DNA from: an uncultured Gemmatimonadales bacterium
GTDB taxonomy: Bacteria > Gemmatimonadota > Gemmatimonadetes > Longimicrobiales > Gaopeijiaceae
Assembly (NCBI GenBank): GCA_963823035.1
Contig: CAWGKG010000008.1
Coordinates: forward strand, 64,001-128,000
Length of the DNA stretch: 64,000 bases
Direction of reading: 5' to 3'
In this document: piece by piece, positions 1 through 13,150 of the stretch
Layout: each line of letters opens with the position of its first letter
Numbering within the stretch: the stretch's first letter is position 1
Position numbers and translations under genes: made by a program
The notes under the pieces: model-generated
Database searches by the model: none
What the model was told of the DNA's origin: nothing
The model's input: only the letters and a program-made list of their open reading frames with translations

Positions 1-813
1 CGACGCGGCGGCCAGCTCACCGAGCGTGCGGCCGCTCCCGCCCACCAGCGCCTCGGCGAGCGCGGTCGAGATGCGCGCACCGGGAATCGTGATGTCCTCG
101 GCCCAGTCCCCCAGGGTGAAGCGCTCGATGCGGCGAGGGGAGTCCGGCCAGGCGCCCTGGTGGATCCGGCTCCAGTCCTCCACCACGGTGTCGGGGGGCG
201 CCCAGCGCACCAGCAGCATGCCCACCGCCCCGCGCTCCTGCGCGGCGAGTGCCTTCCGCCATGGCCGGCTGGCCTCGGCGGTCACGACGCCGTCGAAGGG
301 GCTCGCGGGATCGGCGGCGCCCGGCTCCCCCTCGAGCGCGAGGACGATCCTCCCGCGCACGTCCTTTCCCTGGTAGTCGTCCCACTCGAGGCGCGGCTCC
401 ACGATGCCGTAGCCGACGAAGACGACGTTCCCGGCGGCGGACGCGGTGCCGGCGAAGTCCGCCGGCGTCCAGCCGTTGCCGGGCTCCCTCGCCCGACCCG
501 CGCCGGAGACCGTCAGCCGGTTGCCCTCCCCGAGGGAGAACCACACGAGGTCGAAGCGCTGATCGAAGCCGCCGTTGTCACCGGCGGGCTCGAGACCGAG
601 CGACTGGAAGCGGGCGCGGATCCAGTCGCCCGCCTGCTCGATCTCGGGGGTCCCCACCAGGCGGCCGCGCATGGAGTCGGCGGAGAGCGCGTGCAGGTCG
701 GCCGAGAGCCGCGCCTCGGTGATCGTATCGTTGCCGGGCGCACCGCCATCCGAGCAGGCGACCGGGACGAAGGCGAGCGCGAGCAGGACGATGCGGAGGT
801 CGGGACGGCGCAT
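1..813 (-). CDS. M28-family metallopeptidase with PA domain, lipoprotein (partial; C-terminus lies outside the window)
   Basis: Not in the ORF track. Read manually: MRRPDLRIVLLALAFVPVAC (lipobox)...LHALSADSMRGRLVGT...VVFVGYGIVEPRLEWDDYQGKDVRGRIVL, typical of an M28 N-terminus plus PA domain. Confidence 0.8.
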   Translation of the reverse strand, partial: MRRPDLRIVLLALAFVPVACSDGGAPGNDTITEARLSADLHALSADSMRGRLVGTPEIEQAGDWIRARFQSLGLEPAGDNGGFDQRFDLVWFSLGEGNRLTVSGAGRAREPGNGWTPADFAGTASAAGNVVFVGYGIVEPRLEWDDYQGKDVRGRIVLALEGEPGAADPASPFDGVVTAEASRPWRKALAAQERGAVGMLLVRWAPPDTVVEDWSRIHQGAWPDSPRRIERFTLGDWAEDITIPGARISTALAEALVGGSGRTLGELAAAS

Positions 814-889
814 GGAGTCGATCTCCTGGGAAGGGCTCGGGCGTGCAACATGCGCCGGGGCCGGTCGGCACGCGAGGTCCCCGCCCGAC

Positions 890-1405
890 TCAGCCGCCCC
901 GGATCCTCTTCGTCAGCGCGGGCACGACACCCATCACGCGTGCCGCCAGCGCGAGCTGACCGCAGTGGTAGTACTCGTGCGCGACGGCGTGCCCGAACCA
1001 GGCCAGGCGCGTGCCGGGGAGCCCGTCGAAGCGGTGGATGTGCTGCAGCATGTGCAGCTCGCCGGCCTCCCTGAACGCCGCATCCAGGTCGCGGTGCGTG
1101 TCGCGCAGGAGCGCGAGCTGCTCCTCCTTCGAGCCCCCACGCGCCAGCCCGGCCGCGTGCTGCGCGATCAGCGTGGGGTAGGGGGCGCGCCGGAAGTCGC
1201 CGTCGTCGCGCAACAGCTCCTTCATCAGCAGCCCGGACTCCAGGATGTGGTCCACGAGCTCGCGCACGGTGCGGAAGCCCTCCGCGGGACGCCCGTCGAA
1301 GCCCTCCTCCGGGAGGTTCTTCACCTCGGCGATCACGCCCGCGCGTACGCCCTCCCACCCTTCGAGGGCCTCCTCCATCAGGTCGCGGTATGCGGGCCGT
1401 GTCAT
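890..1405 (-). CDS. DinB/YfiT-family protein
   Basis: RTVRELVDHI and HEYYHCGQL His motifs; GGAGG RBS upstream of the ATG at 1405. Confidence 0.8.
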   Translation of the reverse strand: MTRPAYRDLMEEALEGWEGVRAGVIAEVKNLPEEGFDGRPAEGFRTVRELVDHILESGLLMKELLRDDGDFRRAPYPTLIAQHAAGLARGGSKEEQLALLRDTHRDLDAAFREAGELHMLQHIHRFDGLPGTRLAWFGHAVAHEYYHCGQLALAARVMGVVPALTKRIRGG

Positions 1406-1409
1406 GATG

Positions 1410-2840
1410 TCACCTCCTCGTGGGTCGATACCGATGCAGGACACTATTCTCGGCCGGCGCCCCCGCCCACACCAGCTCGGGGAGCAGCTCCGACTGCAGC
1501 GCGCACATGCGATCCACCAGCTCGATCGCCTGTCGGTGCGAGTGGCAGGTGGGGTCGAGGAGGAGCGCCTGCAGCAGCTTGTCCCTGGAGCCTTCGACGA
1601 ACGCTTCCACGAGGAGGACGGAGATGCTGACCTGCGTCCGCAGGATGGCGGCGATGCCCTCCGGGAGCGGCGACATCTCGCGGGGCCTCAGCCCGTCGGC
1701 GTCCACGGTGGCCGGGACCTCGACGATGGCGCCGTCCGGGAGGTTGGGGATCCAACCGGCGTTCGGGACGTTCACCGCCGCGAGGTCGTGACGCATGCCC
1801 AGCGCCAGCCCCTCCATGATGGGGATGGCCAGCTCCCCGGACGGGAGGATGTGATCGCCGGTCTGACCCTCGCGGTCCTCACGGGCGGCGCGGATGCGCG
1901 ACGGGTGCTCGTCCCAGAACAGCTTCGTCTCGGTGGGGGCGTCCTGGAGGTTGTAGATCCAGGTCGGGACCTTCCCACCCTCCCAGGGATGGCCCTCGCG
2001 GGGGTCGTAGTAGAACTGGAGCTTGTCGCTGGCGAGGAATTCCTCGGCCCAGCGGATGTACTCCCCCGTATGGTTCGCGCCGGGCGACGGGTAGAGCCCG
2101 AAGGTGCGCATCAGCGTGCGCTGCAGGGCGATGTCGTCCCAGTCGCTCAGCCAGTGCGCCTCCCGCTCCCGGGCACGCAGCCTCGGGTAGAGGTCCTCGC
2201 CCGTGGCACGACTGCGGATGTCCTGGAACCAGGTGATGTGGTTGAGGCCGCAGGCGTACGCCTCGAGGTCCTCCTCGGGGTGGCCGAGCAGGCGGCACAC
2301 CTGCTCGCGACCGTGCACGAAGCCGTGGCAGAGACCCACCACCTTCGTCGAGGTGAGGCGGACCTGCGCCTCGCACAAGCGCGTGAGCGGGTTGGTGTAG
2401 TTGAGCAGCCAGGCGTCGGGGCATGCCCGCTCCATCGCGCGGGCGATGTCGACGGACGGGCCCATGTTCCTGAGCGCGTGGAAGAGCCCGCCCGGACCGC
2501 CGTTCTCCCCGTAGATCTGGCGGAAGCCATAGGTGCGCGGGACGTGGAAGTCCTGCGCCCACCAGGGGTAGCGGTCGATCTCGATCGCCATGACGACGAA
2601 GTCGGCTCCGTCGAGCGCGCGCCCGAGCTCGGTGGTGGTCTCGACCCGGTGGCTTCGCCCGAGCCGTTCGCCGATTCCTGCCGCGTACGCGCGGTTGCGC
2701 TCCAGCCCTTCGCCGTGGAGGTCCATGAGGACGACGTGCACGTCGGCGTCGCCGAGCGCGTCGCTCAGGTAGATGTCGCGGAGGGTGGCGGGGCCGAATT
2801 CCCGGCTGCCGGCGCCGACCAGAACGATTCTCAGGCTCAT
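1410..2840 (-). CDS. Glycoside hydrolase family 4 (alpha-galactosidase/glucosidase, NAD+/Mn dependent)
   Basis: IVLVGAGS Rossmann start, GENGGPGG, LNYTNP, VGLCHG, GLNH motifs. Confidence 0.9.
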   Translation of the reverse strand: MSLRIVLVGAGSREFGPATLRDIYLSDALGDADVHVVLMDLHGEGLERNRAYAAGIGERLGRSHRVETTTELGRALDGADFVVMAIEIDRYPWWAQDFHVPRTYGFRQIYGENGGPGGLFHALRNMGPSVDIARAMERACPDAWLLNYTNPLTRLCEAQVRLTSTKVVGLCHGFVHGREQVCRLLGHPEEDLEAYACGLNHITWFQDIRSRATGEDLYPRLRAREREAHWLSDWDDIALQRTLMRTFGLYPSPGANHTGEYIRWAEEFLASDKLQFYYDPREGHPWEGGKVPTWIYNLQDAPTETKLFWDEHPSRIRAAREDREGQTGDHILPSGELAIPIMEGLALGMRHDLAAVNVPNAGWIPNLPDGAIVEVPATVDADGLRPREMSPLPEGIAAILRTQVSISVLLVEAFVEGSRDKLLQALLLDPTCHSHRQAIELVDRMCALQSELLPELVWAGAPAENSVLHRYRPTRR

Positions 2841-2954
2841 GGCGACAGTTTGCCGTTCCGGCCGGGCTCGCGTAAGGGGTCTGCCGCACTTTCCAACGCG
2901 ACCGGGACGGTCTATCGTCAGGCAACGGGTAGAGGAGTCGCGTTGGAGGACATC

Positions 2955-3434
2955 ATGAAGCGCGTCGTCGGCTTCGTCCTCAACGGGGATCCCGCCGAGC
3001 TCGACGTGGATCCGCGTCGAAGACTTCTCTGGGTGCTCAGAAGCGACCTTCAACTCACCGGAACCAAGTACGGTTGCGGCGAGCAGCACTGTGGGGCCTG
3101 TACCGTGCTGGTCGATGGCCGCCCCATCCTGTCCTGCGCCGTTCCGGTCTCGTCCGTCGAGGGGCGCGACGTCGTCACCATCGAGGGCCTCGCGCAGGGA
3201 TCCGTGCTGCATCCCGTGCAGCGTGCGTTCGCCGAGAACGACGCCCTGCAATGCGGCTACTGCACGCCGGGGATGATCCTCGGCTCCGTGGCCCTGCTGC
3301 GCCGTAACCCGACCCCCTCGGACGGCCAGATCCGCGCGGCGCTCGAGCGGCACCTCTGTCGATGCGGCTCGCACGTCCGTGTGCTGCGCGCGGTCCAGGA
3401 AGCGGCGCGCGCGATGCAGGAGGCGGCCCGATGA
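2955..3434 (+). CDS. 2Fe-2S small subunit of a molybdenum hydroxylase (CoxS/IorA-like)
   Basis: GTKYGCGEQHCGACTVL, QCGYCTPG and LCRCG motifs; GGAGG RBS. Confidence 0.92.
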   Translation: MKRVVGFVLNGDPAELDVDPRRRLLWVLRSDLQLTGTKYGCGEQHCGACTVLVDGRPILSCAVPVSSVEGRDVVTIEGLAQGSVLHPVQRAFAENDALQCGYCTPGMILGSVALLRRNPTPSDGQIRAALERHLCRCGSHVRVLRAVQEAARAMQEAAR

Positions 3435-5510
3435 CCACGCGGCGCGCGTTCCTGAGGATCAGTGGAGGCGGGATCATCGTCCTCTGCGGCGTCGACCTCG
3501 CGAGCCTGGGCGAGCGGCTGGGCGCCCAGGAGGTATCCCGAGGACTTCAACGCCTACCTGAGGATCGACGAGGACGGACGCGTCACGCTGTTCACCGGGA
3601 AGGTCGAGATGGGCCAGGGCGTGTACACCTCGCTCCCGCAGATGCTCGCGGACGAGCTGGACGTTCCGCTGGCCATGGTCGATCCCGTCCTCGGCGACAC
3701 GGATCTGTGCCCGTGGGACCCGGGCACGAACGGCTCCCGTGCGATCCGCTTCTTCGGCCCGGCGCTGCGGCAGGCGGCGGCGACCGCGCGGCAGGTGCTG
3801 CTGGAGCTTGCGAGCGAGCGGCTCGGCGTGCCCGTGGAGCGGCTGGCGACCCGTGACGGCGTGGTCTACGTGGCGAGTGCGCCCGGACGATCGGCGACGT
3901 ACGGCGAGCTGGCGCGCGGACGGCGCATCGAACGGGTGGCGCGCGGTGACGTCCTGCTGGAGGCCCACGCCGCGCGCACGGTGAGCGGCGTACCCACACC
4001 GCGCACGGACACCATGCTCAAGGTGACGGGGAAGGCGCGGTACACCGCGGACCTGCGACCGCCGGACGTGCTGCACGCCAAGCTGCTCCGTCCGCCGGCG
4101 CACGGCAGCCGGCTGGTGGAGGCGGATACGAGCAAGGCCGAGGCGGTCGAGGGGGCGCAGGTGGTGCGGGACGGCGACCTCCTCGCGGTGCTGCACGAGC
4201 ACCCGGACGTGGCACAGGCCGCTCTGGATCTCGTGCGGGCCGTGTGGGAGTCACCCGAGGGAGGTGTCGACGACGACACGCTCTGGGCGCACCTGGAGGG
4301 CACCGATGCCCACGTGCAGGTGGTGAGCACACAGGGGAGCGTCGAGCAGGGCCGCGCGAGCTCCACGCGGGTGGAGGAGCGCACCTACCGCGCACGCTAC
4401 GTGGCGCACGCCCCGCTCGAACCGCATGCGGCGGTGGCGTCCGTCAAGGACGATCGCGCGACGATCTGGGCATCCACGCAGACGCCCTTCCCCCTGCGCG
4501 ACGAGATCGCCGACGTCCTGGGTTGGGACGCCGACCAGGTGCGCGTTCTCACGCCCTTCGTGGGGGGCGCTTTCGGAGGCAAGAACTACAACCAGCAGGC
4601 CGTCGAAGCCGCCCGCCTCTCGCGGGCCGCGCGGGCCCCCGTGAGCGTGGCGTGGAGCCGGCGCGAGGAGCTCTTCTACGACAACTTCCGCCAGGCCGCG
4701 GTCGTGCGCGTCGCCGCCGGGCTGGGCGCTGACGGCAGGCTGGCGTTCTGGAGCTTCGCGAACGTGCAGGGCGCCACGCGGGGCGCCCGCCCCGTGTACG
4801 ACGTCGCAGACCATCACGTCACCTTCCAGGGCAGCGCGAGCCGTCACCCGCTCGCCACCGGCGCGTGGCGGGCCCCCGGCGCCAACGTGAACCACTTCGC
4901 GATCGAGTCGCACATCGACGTCATGGCCTCGGCGGCGGGGAGGAGTCCCCTGGACTTCCGCATGGACCATCTCCGGGACGACCGGATGCGGCGCGTTCTG
5001 CGCGCCGTGGCGGATCGGTGCGGGATGGAGCTGCGCCCCGCGCCCACCGGCCGGGGCGTCGGGCTCGCCTGCGGCGTCGACGCGGGCACGTACGTCGGCG
5101 CGTGGGCCCAGGTGGAGGTGGACCCCGTGGACGGGACGGTGCGCGTCCGGCGCATTGTATGCGCGCAGGACATGGGGGAGGTGGTCAACCCCCGAGGGGC
5201 GACGCTCCAGGTGGAGAGCTGCCTGACCATGGGGCTCGGCTACGCGCTGAGCGAGGAGGTGCACTTCGGCGGCGGCGCGATCCTCGACGAGAACTTCGAT
5301 TCCTACCGGATCCCGAGGTTCTCCTGGGTTCCCGAGATCGAGGTGGAGTTGCTCGACAACCCGAGGATCGGGCCGCAGGGTGGTGGGGAGCCGGCCATCG
5401 TGATCGTGGGGGCCGTCGTCGCCAACGCGATCCACGACGCGCTCGGGGTACGCCTGTTCGAGCTGCCGATGACGCCCGCGCGCATCAGGAAGGCGATCGC
5501 GGAGGCGTGA
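3431..5510 (+). CDS. Molybdopterin-binding large subunit (IorB-like) with Tat signal; apparent +1 frameshift near 3530
   Basis: MTTRRAFL Tat motif, KVEMGQG, GGAFGGK, WRAPG, GGGEP. The start overlaps the small-subunit stop (ATGA). Confidence 0.88.
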
Positions 5511-7302
5511 CGGTCGGCGGGGCGCCGCGCTCGGTGAGGCGGAGCGTCGCCCAGCCGGCCGCGGCGCCCACCACCAGGAGGGTGATGCCGGAGGCGGGCC
5601 GGCCGACCAACACGTGCCCGATGCCGACGAGCCAGCCGTAGAGGAACGTCATCCCGGCGGCCCATCCCAGCCACCGGATGCGGGCGGGCGGCAGGCCGCT
5701 GTCCACCGAGCCGCAGCGGTCCGCAACCGGGCCCCACCACCCTCCGGGGCGCACCTTGAGGTAGAAGTGGTCGAGGCGCTCGGCGCGGTCCGGGGGGGTG
5801 AGCAGCGCCACCACGACCCAGAGGACGCTGCACGCCACGAGGATGAAGAGCGCGCGCAGGAAGTCCCAGTCGGAGCCGTAGAGCGCGCCGATGCGCTCCG
5901 TCGCGGCGACGGACAGGAGCCCGGTCGCGCGAGCCCATCCGATGAGCACGCGGCCGTTGGCCAGGAGGACCGACCCGGCCATGGCGGCGATCTCCGCCCA
6001 CGCGTTGACCCGCCACCAGTACCAGCGCAGCAGCCACACCAGCGCGACGCCGGACGTCAGCTCGATGACGTAGATCCATGCCCGCTCGATCGTGTCCATC
6101 TGCCAGGCGGTGAGCGCCGCCAGGACGACGAGCAGGACGACGGCGAAGCGCGAGGCGAGCACGTAGTGCCGCTCGTCCGCGTCGCGCTTCAGGAAGCGCT
6201 TGTAGACGTCGTTGACCAGGTACGACGCGCCCCAGCACAGGTGCGTGTCCATCGTGCTCATGAACGCAGCGAGGAAGCTGGCGACCATGAGCCCGCGCAG
6301 CCCGGCGGGCATGAGATGGGCGATCATCATCGGGTAGGCGAGCTCCGGGTCCGCGGCGAGCGCAGGCGTGGCGGACGCCACCGGGAGGATGAGCAGCGAG
6401 CCGAGGCCCACCACCACCCACGGCCAGGTCATGAGCACCGTGCCCGCCAACGCGAACCACAGCGCGGACAGGACGGACTGGCGCTCGTCGCGCGCGGCGA
6501 AGAGGCGCTGCGCCAGGTAGCCGTCGCCCTGCCCGCTCCGCGTCCACAGCAGCAGGATGAGGCAGAGGAGGGACGCGAACTCGAGGGGGCTCAGGTGCGC
6601 CGGGTTGGGGAGGACATCGAGCGTCGCGGCGCCCGCGTCGGGGAGCGCGCGGATGCCGTCGGCCATGGCGCGCGGACCGCCGACGCGCACGAGCACGACC
6701 CACGCGAGCACGAGCGAGCCCGTCATCCCCGCCACGAACTGCAGGAGATCGGTGACCACCACGCCCCAGAGCCCCGAGGCCACCGTGTACAGGAGGGCGA
6801 GCGCGACGCACACGGCCAGCGTCGCCTCCGGATTCCATCCCAGCAGCACCGAGCTGAACTTGACCATGGCCAGCATCACCCATCCCATCACCACGCAGTT
6901 CTTCAGGAGTCCCGAGTAGAGGGCGCTGAAGCCGCGCAGGGCGGAGGCCGGTCGGCCGGAGTAGCGCAGCTCGATGAGCTCGGCGTCGGTGAGGATCGAC
7001 GCGCGTCGCCACAGCTTCGCGTAGAAGAAGACGAGGAGCATGATCCCCGCCGACTCGTACCACCACAGCCAGTTCGCGTAGATGCCGCGCTGCCGAACGA
7101 GCGAGGCGGTGGCGAGGGGCGCATCCGTGGCGAACCACGTCGCGGCGATCGACGTGCCGGCGATCCACCACGGCAGCGTGCGGCCCGCGACGAAGTACTC
7201 CTCGAGGCTGCGCCCGGCGCGGCCGCTGAACCACAAGCCCAGCGTCATCGTCACGACGCCGTAGACGGCCACCACCACCCAGTCGGTCGTGACGAGCTGC
7301 AA
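5485..7302 (-). CDS. Sodium:solute symporter (SSS family)
   Basis: EYFVAGRTLPWW, multiple TM helices, AAFMSTMDT motif. Confidence 0.92.
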   Translation of the reverse strand: MQLVTTDWVVVAVYGVVTMTLGLWFSGRAGRSLEEYFVAGRTLPWWIAGTSIAATWFATDAPLATASLVRQRGIYANWLWWYESAGIMLLVFFYAKLWRRASILTDAELIELRYSGRPASALRGFSALYSGLLKNCVVMGWVMLAMVKFSSVLLGWNPEATLAVCVALALLYTVASGLWGVVVTDLLQFVAGMTGSLVLAWVVLVRVGGPRAMADGIRALPDAGAATLDVLPNPAHLSPLEFASLLCLILLLWTRSGQGDGYLAQRLFAARDERQSVLSALWFALAGTVLMTWPWVVVGLGSLLILPVASATPALAADPELAYPMMIAHLMPAGLRGLMVASFLAAFMSTMDTHLCWGASYLVNDVYKRFLKRDADERHYVLASRFAVVLLVVLAALTAWQMDTIERAWIYVIELTSGVALVWLLRWYWWRVNAWAEIAAMAGSVLLANGRVLIGWARATGLLSVAATERIGALYGSDWDFLRALFILVACSVLWVVVALLTPPDRAERLDHFYLKVRPGGWWGPVADRCGSVDSGLPPARIRWLGWAAGMTFLYGWLVGIGHVLVGRPASGITLLVVGAAAGWATLRLTERGAPPTVTPPRSPS

Positions 7303-7306
7303 GGCG

Positions 7307-10009
7307 TCAGCCGCCCTGGGAGATCAGGTTCGCCAGGATGCGGTACGCCCCCGCCACGCCGTAGGGAAGCTGGCGGTGGAGCGCGAGCGCCACGTACGTC
7401 CACCGTCCCGCGCCCGCGCGCGCGGTCAGCCAGACACCGTGCTGGGGAGGCTGTCCGGTGTCGTGCGTCTCCACCAGCGGCGTGTAGCCCCCGTCCCAGG
7501 TGGCGAAGAACTTGGAGCCGCGCTGCTCGATCCAGCCGTCGAAGTCTCCCGGGCCTATGCGGTTCGGGCCGGTGAGCAACGGGTCGTCGGGCGCGAGGAT
7601 CGCCACGGGTGCGTCCTCCTCGGACGTCTCCTCCGCGTCGTCCGGCAGCGTGGCCGGGAGCGGTGCCTCGGTACCGGGGTCGAACTCGGGCGTCTGGTAG
7701 AGGACGACCATGTTCCCGCCTCCCCGCACCCACCCCATCAGGCGCGGCGTCGCCGCCACCAGGTCGGGGCGCACGGCGTAGGCGCGGGTGCCGACGACGA
7801 TCGCGTCGTACGCCGACAGGTCGCCGGAGGCGAGCGCCGCCTCGTCGAGGAGGGTGACGCGGGCGCCCAACTCCTCGATGGCCTCGGGAACGGCGTCGCC
7901 CACACCCATCACGTATCCCACGGAGAGGTCGGGCGCCACCGCGACGTCGACCGGCACGACGGTGATCTGCGCCGGGTGGTAGAGGTAGCGCACGCCCAGG
8001 TCCCGGTGCCGGATGACCTCGTAGCCCTCGCGCCAGGTCGTCGTGTCGGTCCCGGCGACCAGGCGTGCCGAAGCTGCGAGCGTCCACCCGGCGCCGGTCC
8101 GCAGGCTCCCTCCGGCGGTCACGGAGAAGACGGCGGACGCGCGCTGCCCCGCGCCTGCGAGCCGGACGGGCACCGTCCGCGGCGTCGCGGTCCACCCTGC
8201 CGGGACGTCGAGCGACACGGTGGCGACGAGCGGCCGCGGGTCGGAGGACGCGACCTCGACCGCGACGTCGAACGGCTCGGGACGGCCGCCCGCGACGACG
8301 TGCACGGACGGCCGGGCGCGCAGCGACAGGCGGGGGACCACGGCCAGGCGGCGCTGGAGCACGCCGTAGGGCGCGTCGTTCTCGAGGGTGCGAACCTCGC
8401 TCGTGAGCGTGATGGGCACGCCGCCCGCCTCCACCGTGACGTCGGCGACCAGCAGGGGCGACGCCTCGGCCAGGCCGAGCATGGCGGAGTCCCGCACCTG
8501 GTAGGCGTTCTCGGCGATACCCGTGCGGAAGAACCAGGGGCGCGAGGGCCGGGCGTCGGGCGGGACGTGCACGGTGAGGGTCGCCTCCACCATCCCCCCC
8601 GCCGCCACCGCGCCCGGCGCGACGTCTCCCATGGTGCTCCATCCAGCGGGCGCACGGAGCGCGACCTCCACCAGACGCACGGCGCGCTCGCCGCCGTCGA
8701 CCAGCTGCAGATGGACGTCCATATCCCCACCGGGAACCACCGGGCCCATCGGCGTGTCCGGGTCCGCGCCGGGCGGCGTCGCGACGGCGCGGACGCGCAC
8801 GGCGAGCGCGGCGGCGAGCACGTCCGCGAGCTGGCGCTGCTTCACGGCGAGGTGGAAGGCCGCCTCGGAGCCGGCCGGGGTGGCCCGCGCCGTGGCGCGC
8901 AGGGCCCGGAGTGCGGCCAGGAGGTGATCCGCCACCACGCCCGTGCCGGCCATGCGGAACGCGCCCATGGCCGCCTCGATCTCGACCGCGGCCGTGCGCA
9001 GGCCCTCGACGGCCCCCGGCGGCGCCGTCTCGCCGAGGAGGTCGAAGAGACCGGGTAGCGTGGTGTCCAGACCGTCGAAGAGGCCTGCCTCGTGGGCGGG
9101 TTCGGCCTCGTCCTCCGGGATCAGGCGCTCGTAGCGCGCCGGTGCCCCGCCTCCGAAGGAGCGCGTGCGCCCGGCCGTCTGCGAGCGCTGCAGGGAGAGC
9201 CCGTGGGCGCCGATGTCGCGGTACGAGCGACCGAGCCAGGGGCTGCTCGTGCCCGGGTCCAGGGAGACCTGCCACGGCTCGCCCTCGAGGATCCGACCGC
9301 GGTACAGCTTCTTCACCGCCCAGGGGCGCAAGCCCTCGTCCGTGATCTGCTCCGGGAAGCGGCTCGGGTCTGCCGCGGCGCGCACCGCGAGGGGCGTCAG
9401 CACGCCCGCCGCCTGGTGGTGGCCGTGGCCGTCCCGCTCGCCGCCGTACCACCGCGAGATCACCACGAGCGGCCGGTTCATGCGGATCACGCGCACCATG
9501 TCGCCCAGAACGGCCTCGCGGTCCCAGCTGCGCAGGGCCTCGTCGAGGGTCTTGGAGTACCCGTAGTCCACCGCGGTGGTGAAGTACTGGTCGTCGAGGC
9601 CGTACCAGCGCCCCGCCAGTCGGAGCTCCTCGGTGCGCACGAGCCCCAGCGCGTCGAAGAGCTCGGCACCGAGGGCGTTGGCCCCGCCCTCGCCCCGGTT
9701 CACCGTGAGGAGGGCCGTGCGTACGCCCATGCCCCGGGAGAGGAGCGTGAGCACCCCCGACTCCTCGTCGTCGGGATGCGCCGTGGTGTAGAGGACGCTC
9801 GCGGTGGTGTGGACGTCGAGGAGCTTCTGCCAGAGGCCCTCCGCGCCTTCGTCCAGCGCGAGCGGCCCCCCGGGGCCTTCGTCGCCCGAGCGCGTCAGCA
9901 CCCGGTCCGGCGCCGCCTGGGCCCGCGCCCCTCCCGGGAGCGCCGCGACCGAGGCCAGCGCCACCGCCGCGAGAAGCCGGGACGCCGGGTGGCCGCGTTG
10001 CGTTTCCAT
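7307..10009 (-). CDS. Secreted PIG-L/LmbE-family deacetylase with NEW3-like and C-terminal GATase-like domains
   Basis: Signal peptide ending ARA-Q; intact AHPDDE and GHGHH metal motifs; C-terminal YDAIVVGTRAY. Confidence 0.85.
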   Translation of the reverse strand: METQRGHPASRLLAAVALASVAALPGGARAQAAPDRVLTRSGDEGPGGPLALDEGAEGLWQKLLDVHTTASVLYTTAHPDDEESGVLTLLSRGMGVRTALLTVNRGEGGANALGAELFDALGLVRTEELRLAGRWYGLDDQYFTTAVDYGYSKTLDEALRSWDREAVLGDMVRVIRMNRPLVVISRWYGGERDGHGHHQAAGVLTPLAVRAAADPSRFPEQITDEGLRPWAVKKLYRGRILEGEPWQVSLDPGTSSPWLGRSYRDIGAHGLSLQRSQTAGRTRSFGGGAPARYERLIPEDEAEPAHEAGLFDGLDTTLPGLFDLLGETAPPGAVEGLRTAAVEIEAAMGAFRMAGTGVVADHLLAALRALRATARATPAGSEAAFHLAVKQRQLADVLAAALAVRVRAVATPPGADPDTPMGPVVPGGDMDVHLQLVDGGERAVRLVEVALRAPAGWSTMGDVAPGAVAAGGMVEATLTVHVPPDARPSRPWFFRTGIAENAYQVRDSAMLGLAEASPLLVADVTVEAGGVPITLTSEVRTLENDAPYGVLQRRLAVVPRLSLRARPSVHVVAGGRPEPFDVAVEVASSDPRPLVATVSLDVPAGWTATPRTVPVRLAGAGQRASAVFSVTAGGSLRTGAGWTLAASARLVAGTDTTTWREGYEVIRHRDLGVRYLYHPAQITVVPVDVAVAPDLSVGYVMGVGDAVPEAIEELGARVTLLDEAALASGDLSAYDAIVVGTRAYAVRPDLVAATPRLMGWVRGGGNMVVLYQTPEFDPGTEAPLPATLPDDAEETSEEDAPVAILAPDDPLLTGPNRIGPGDFDGWIEQRGSKFFATWDGGYTPLVETHDTGQPPQHGVWLTARAGAGRWTYVALALHRQLPYGVAGAYRILANLISQGG

Positions 10010-10150
10010 GGAAGGCTCTCGGTGCGGCAGGGAATCGGCCGGGCGGGCCATCGGGGAGGGGTCGAAGTCGCCCCACCGTACCGTTCTCCGCGGGGGACGG
10101 TCAAGGCGGACGCGTTCCTCCCACTTCCCGGTCCATTTATCATCCACGCC

Positions 10151-13064
<2,914 letters not shown>

Positions 13065-13150
13065 CGACGAGGCGTCGCTTTGACGATCATGGTGAGCGTT
13101 CGCTCGGCCTTCCGGCCTCCACCCCCCACGATCACCTACCAGGACGCGCG

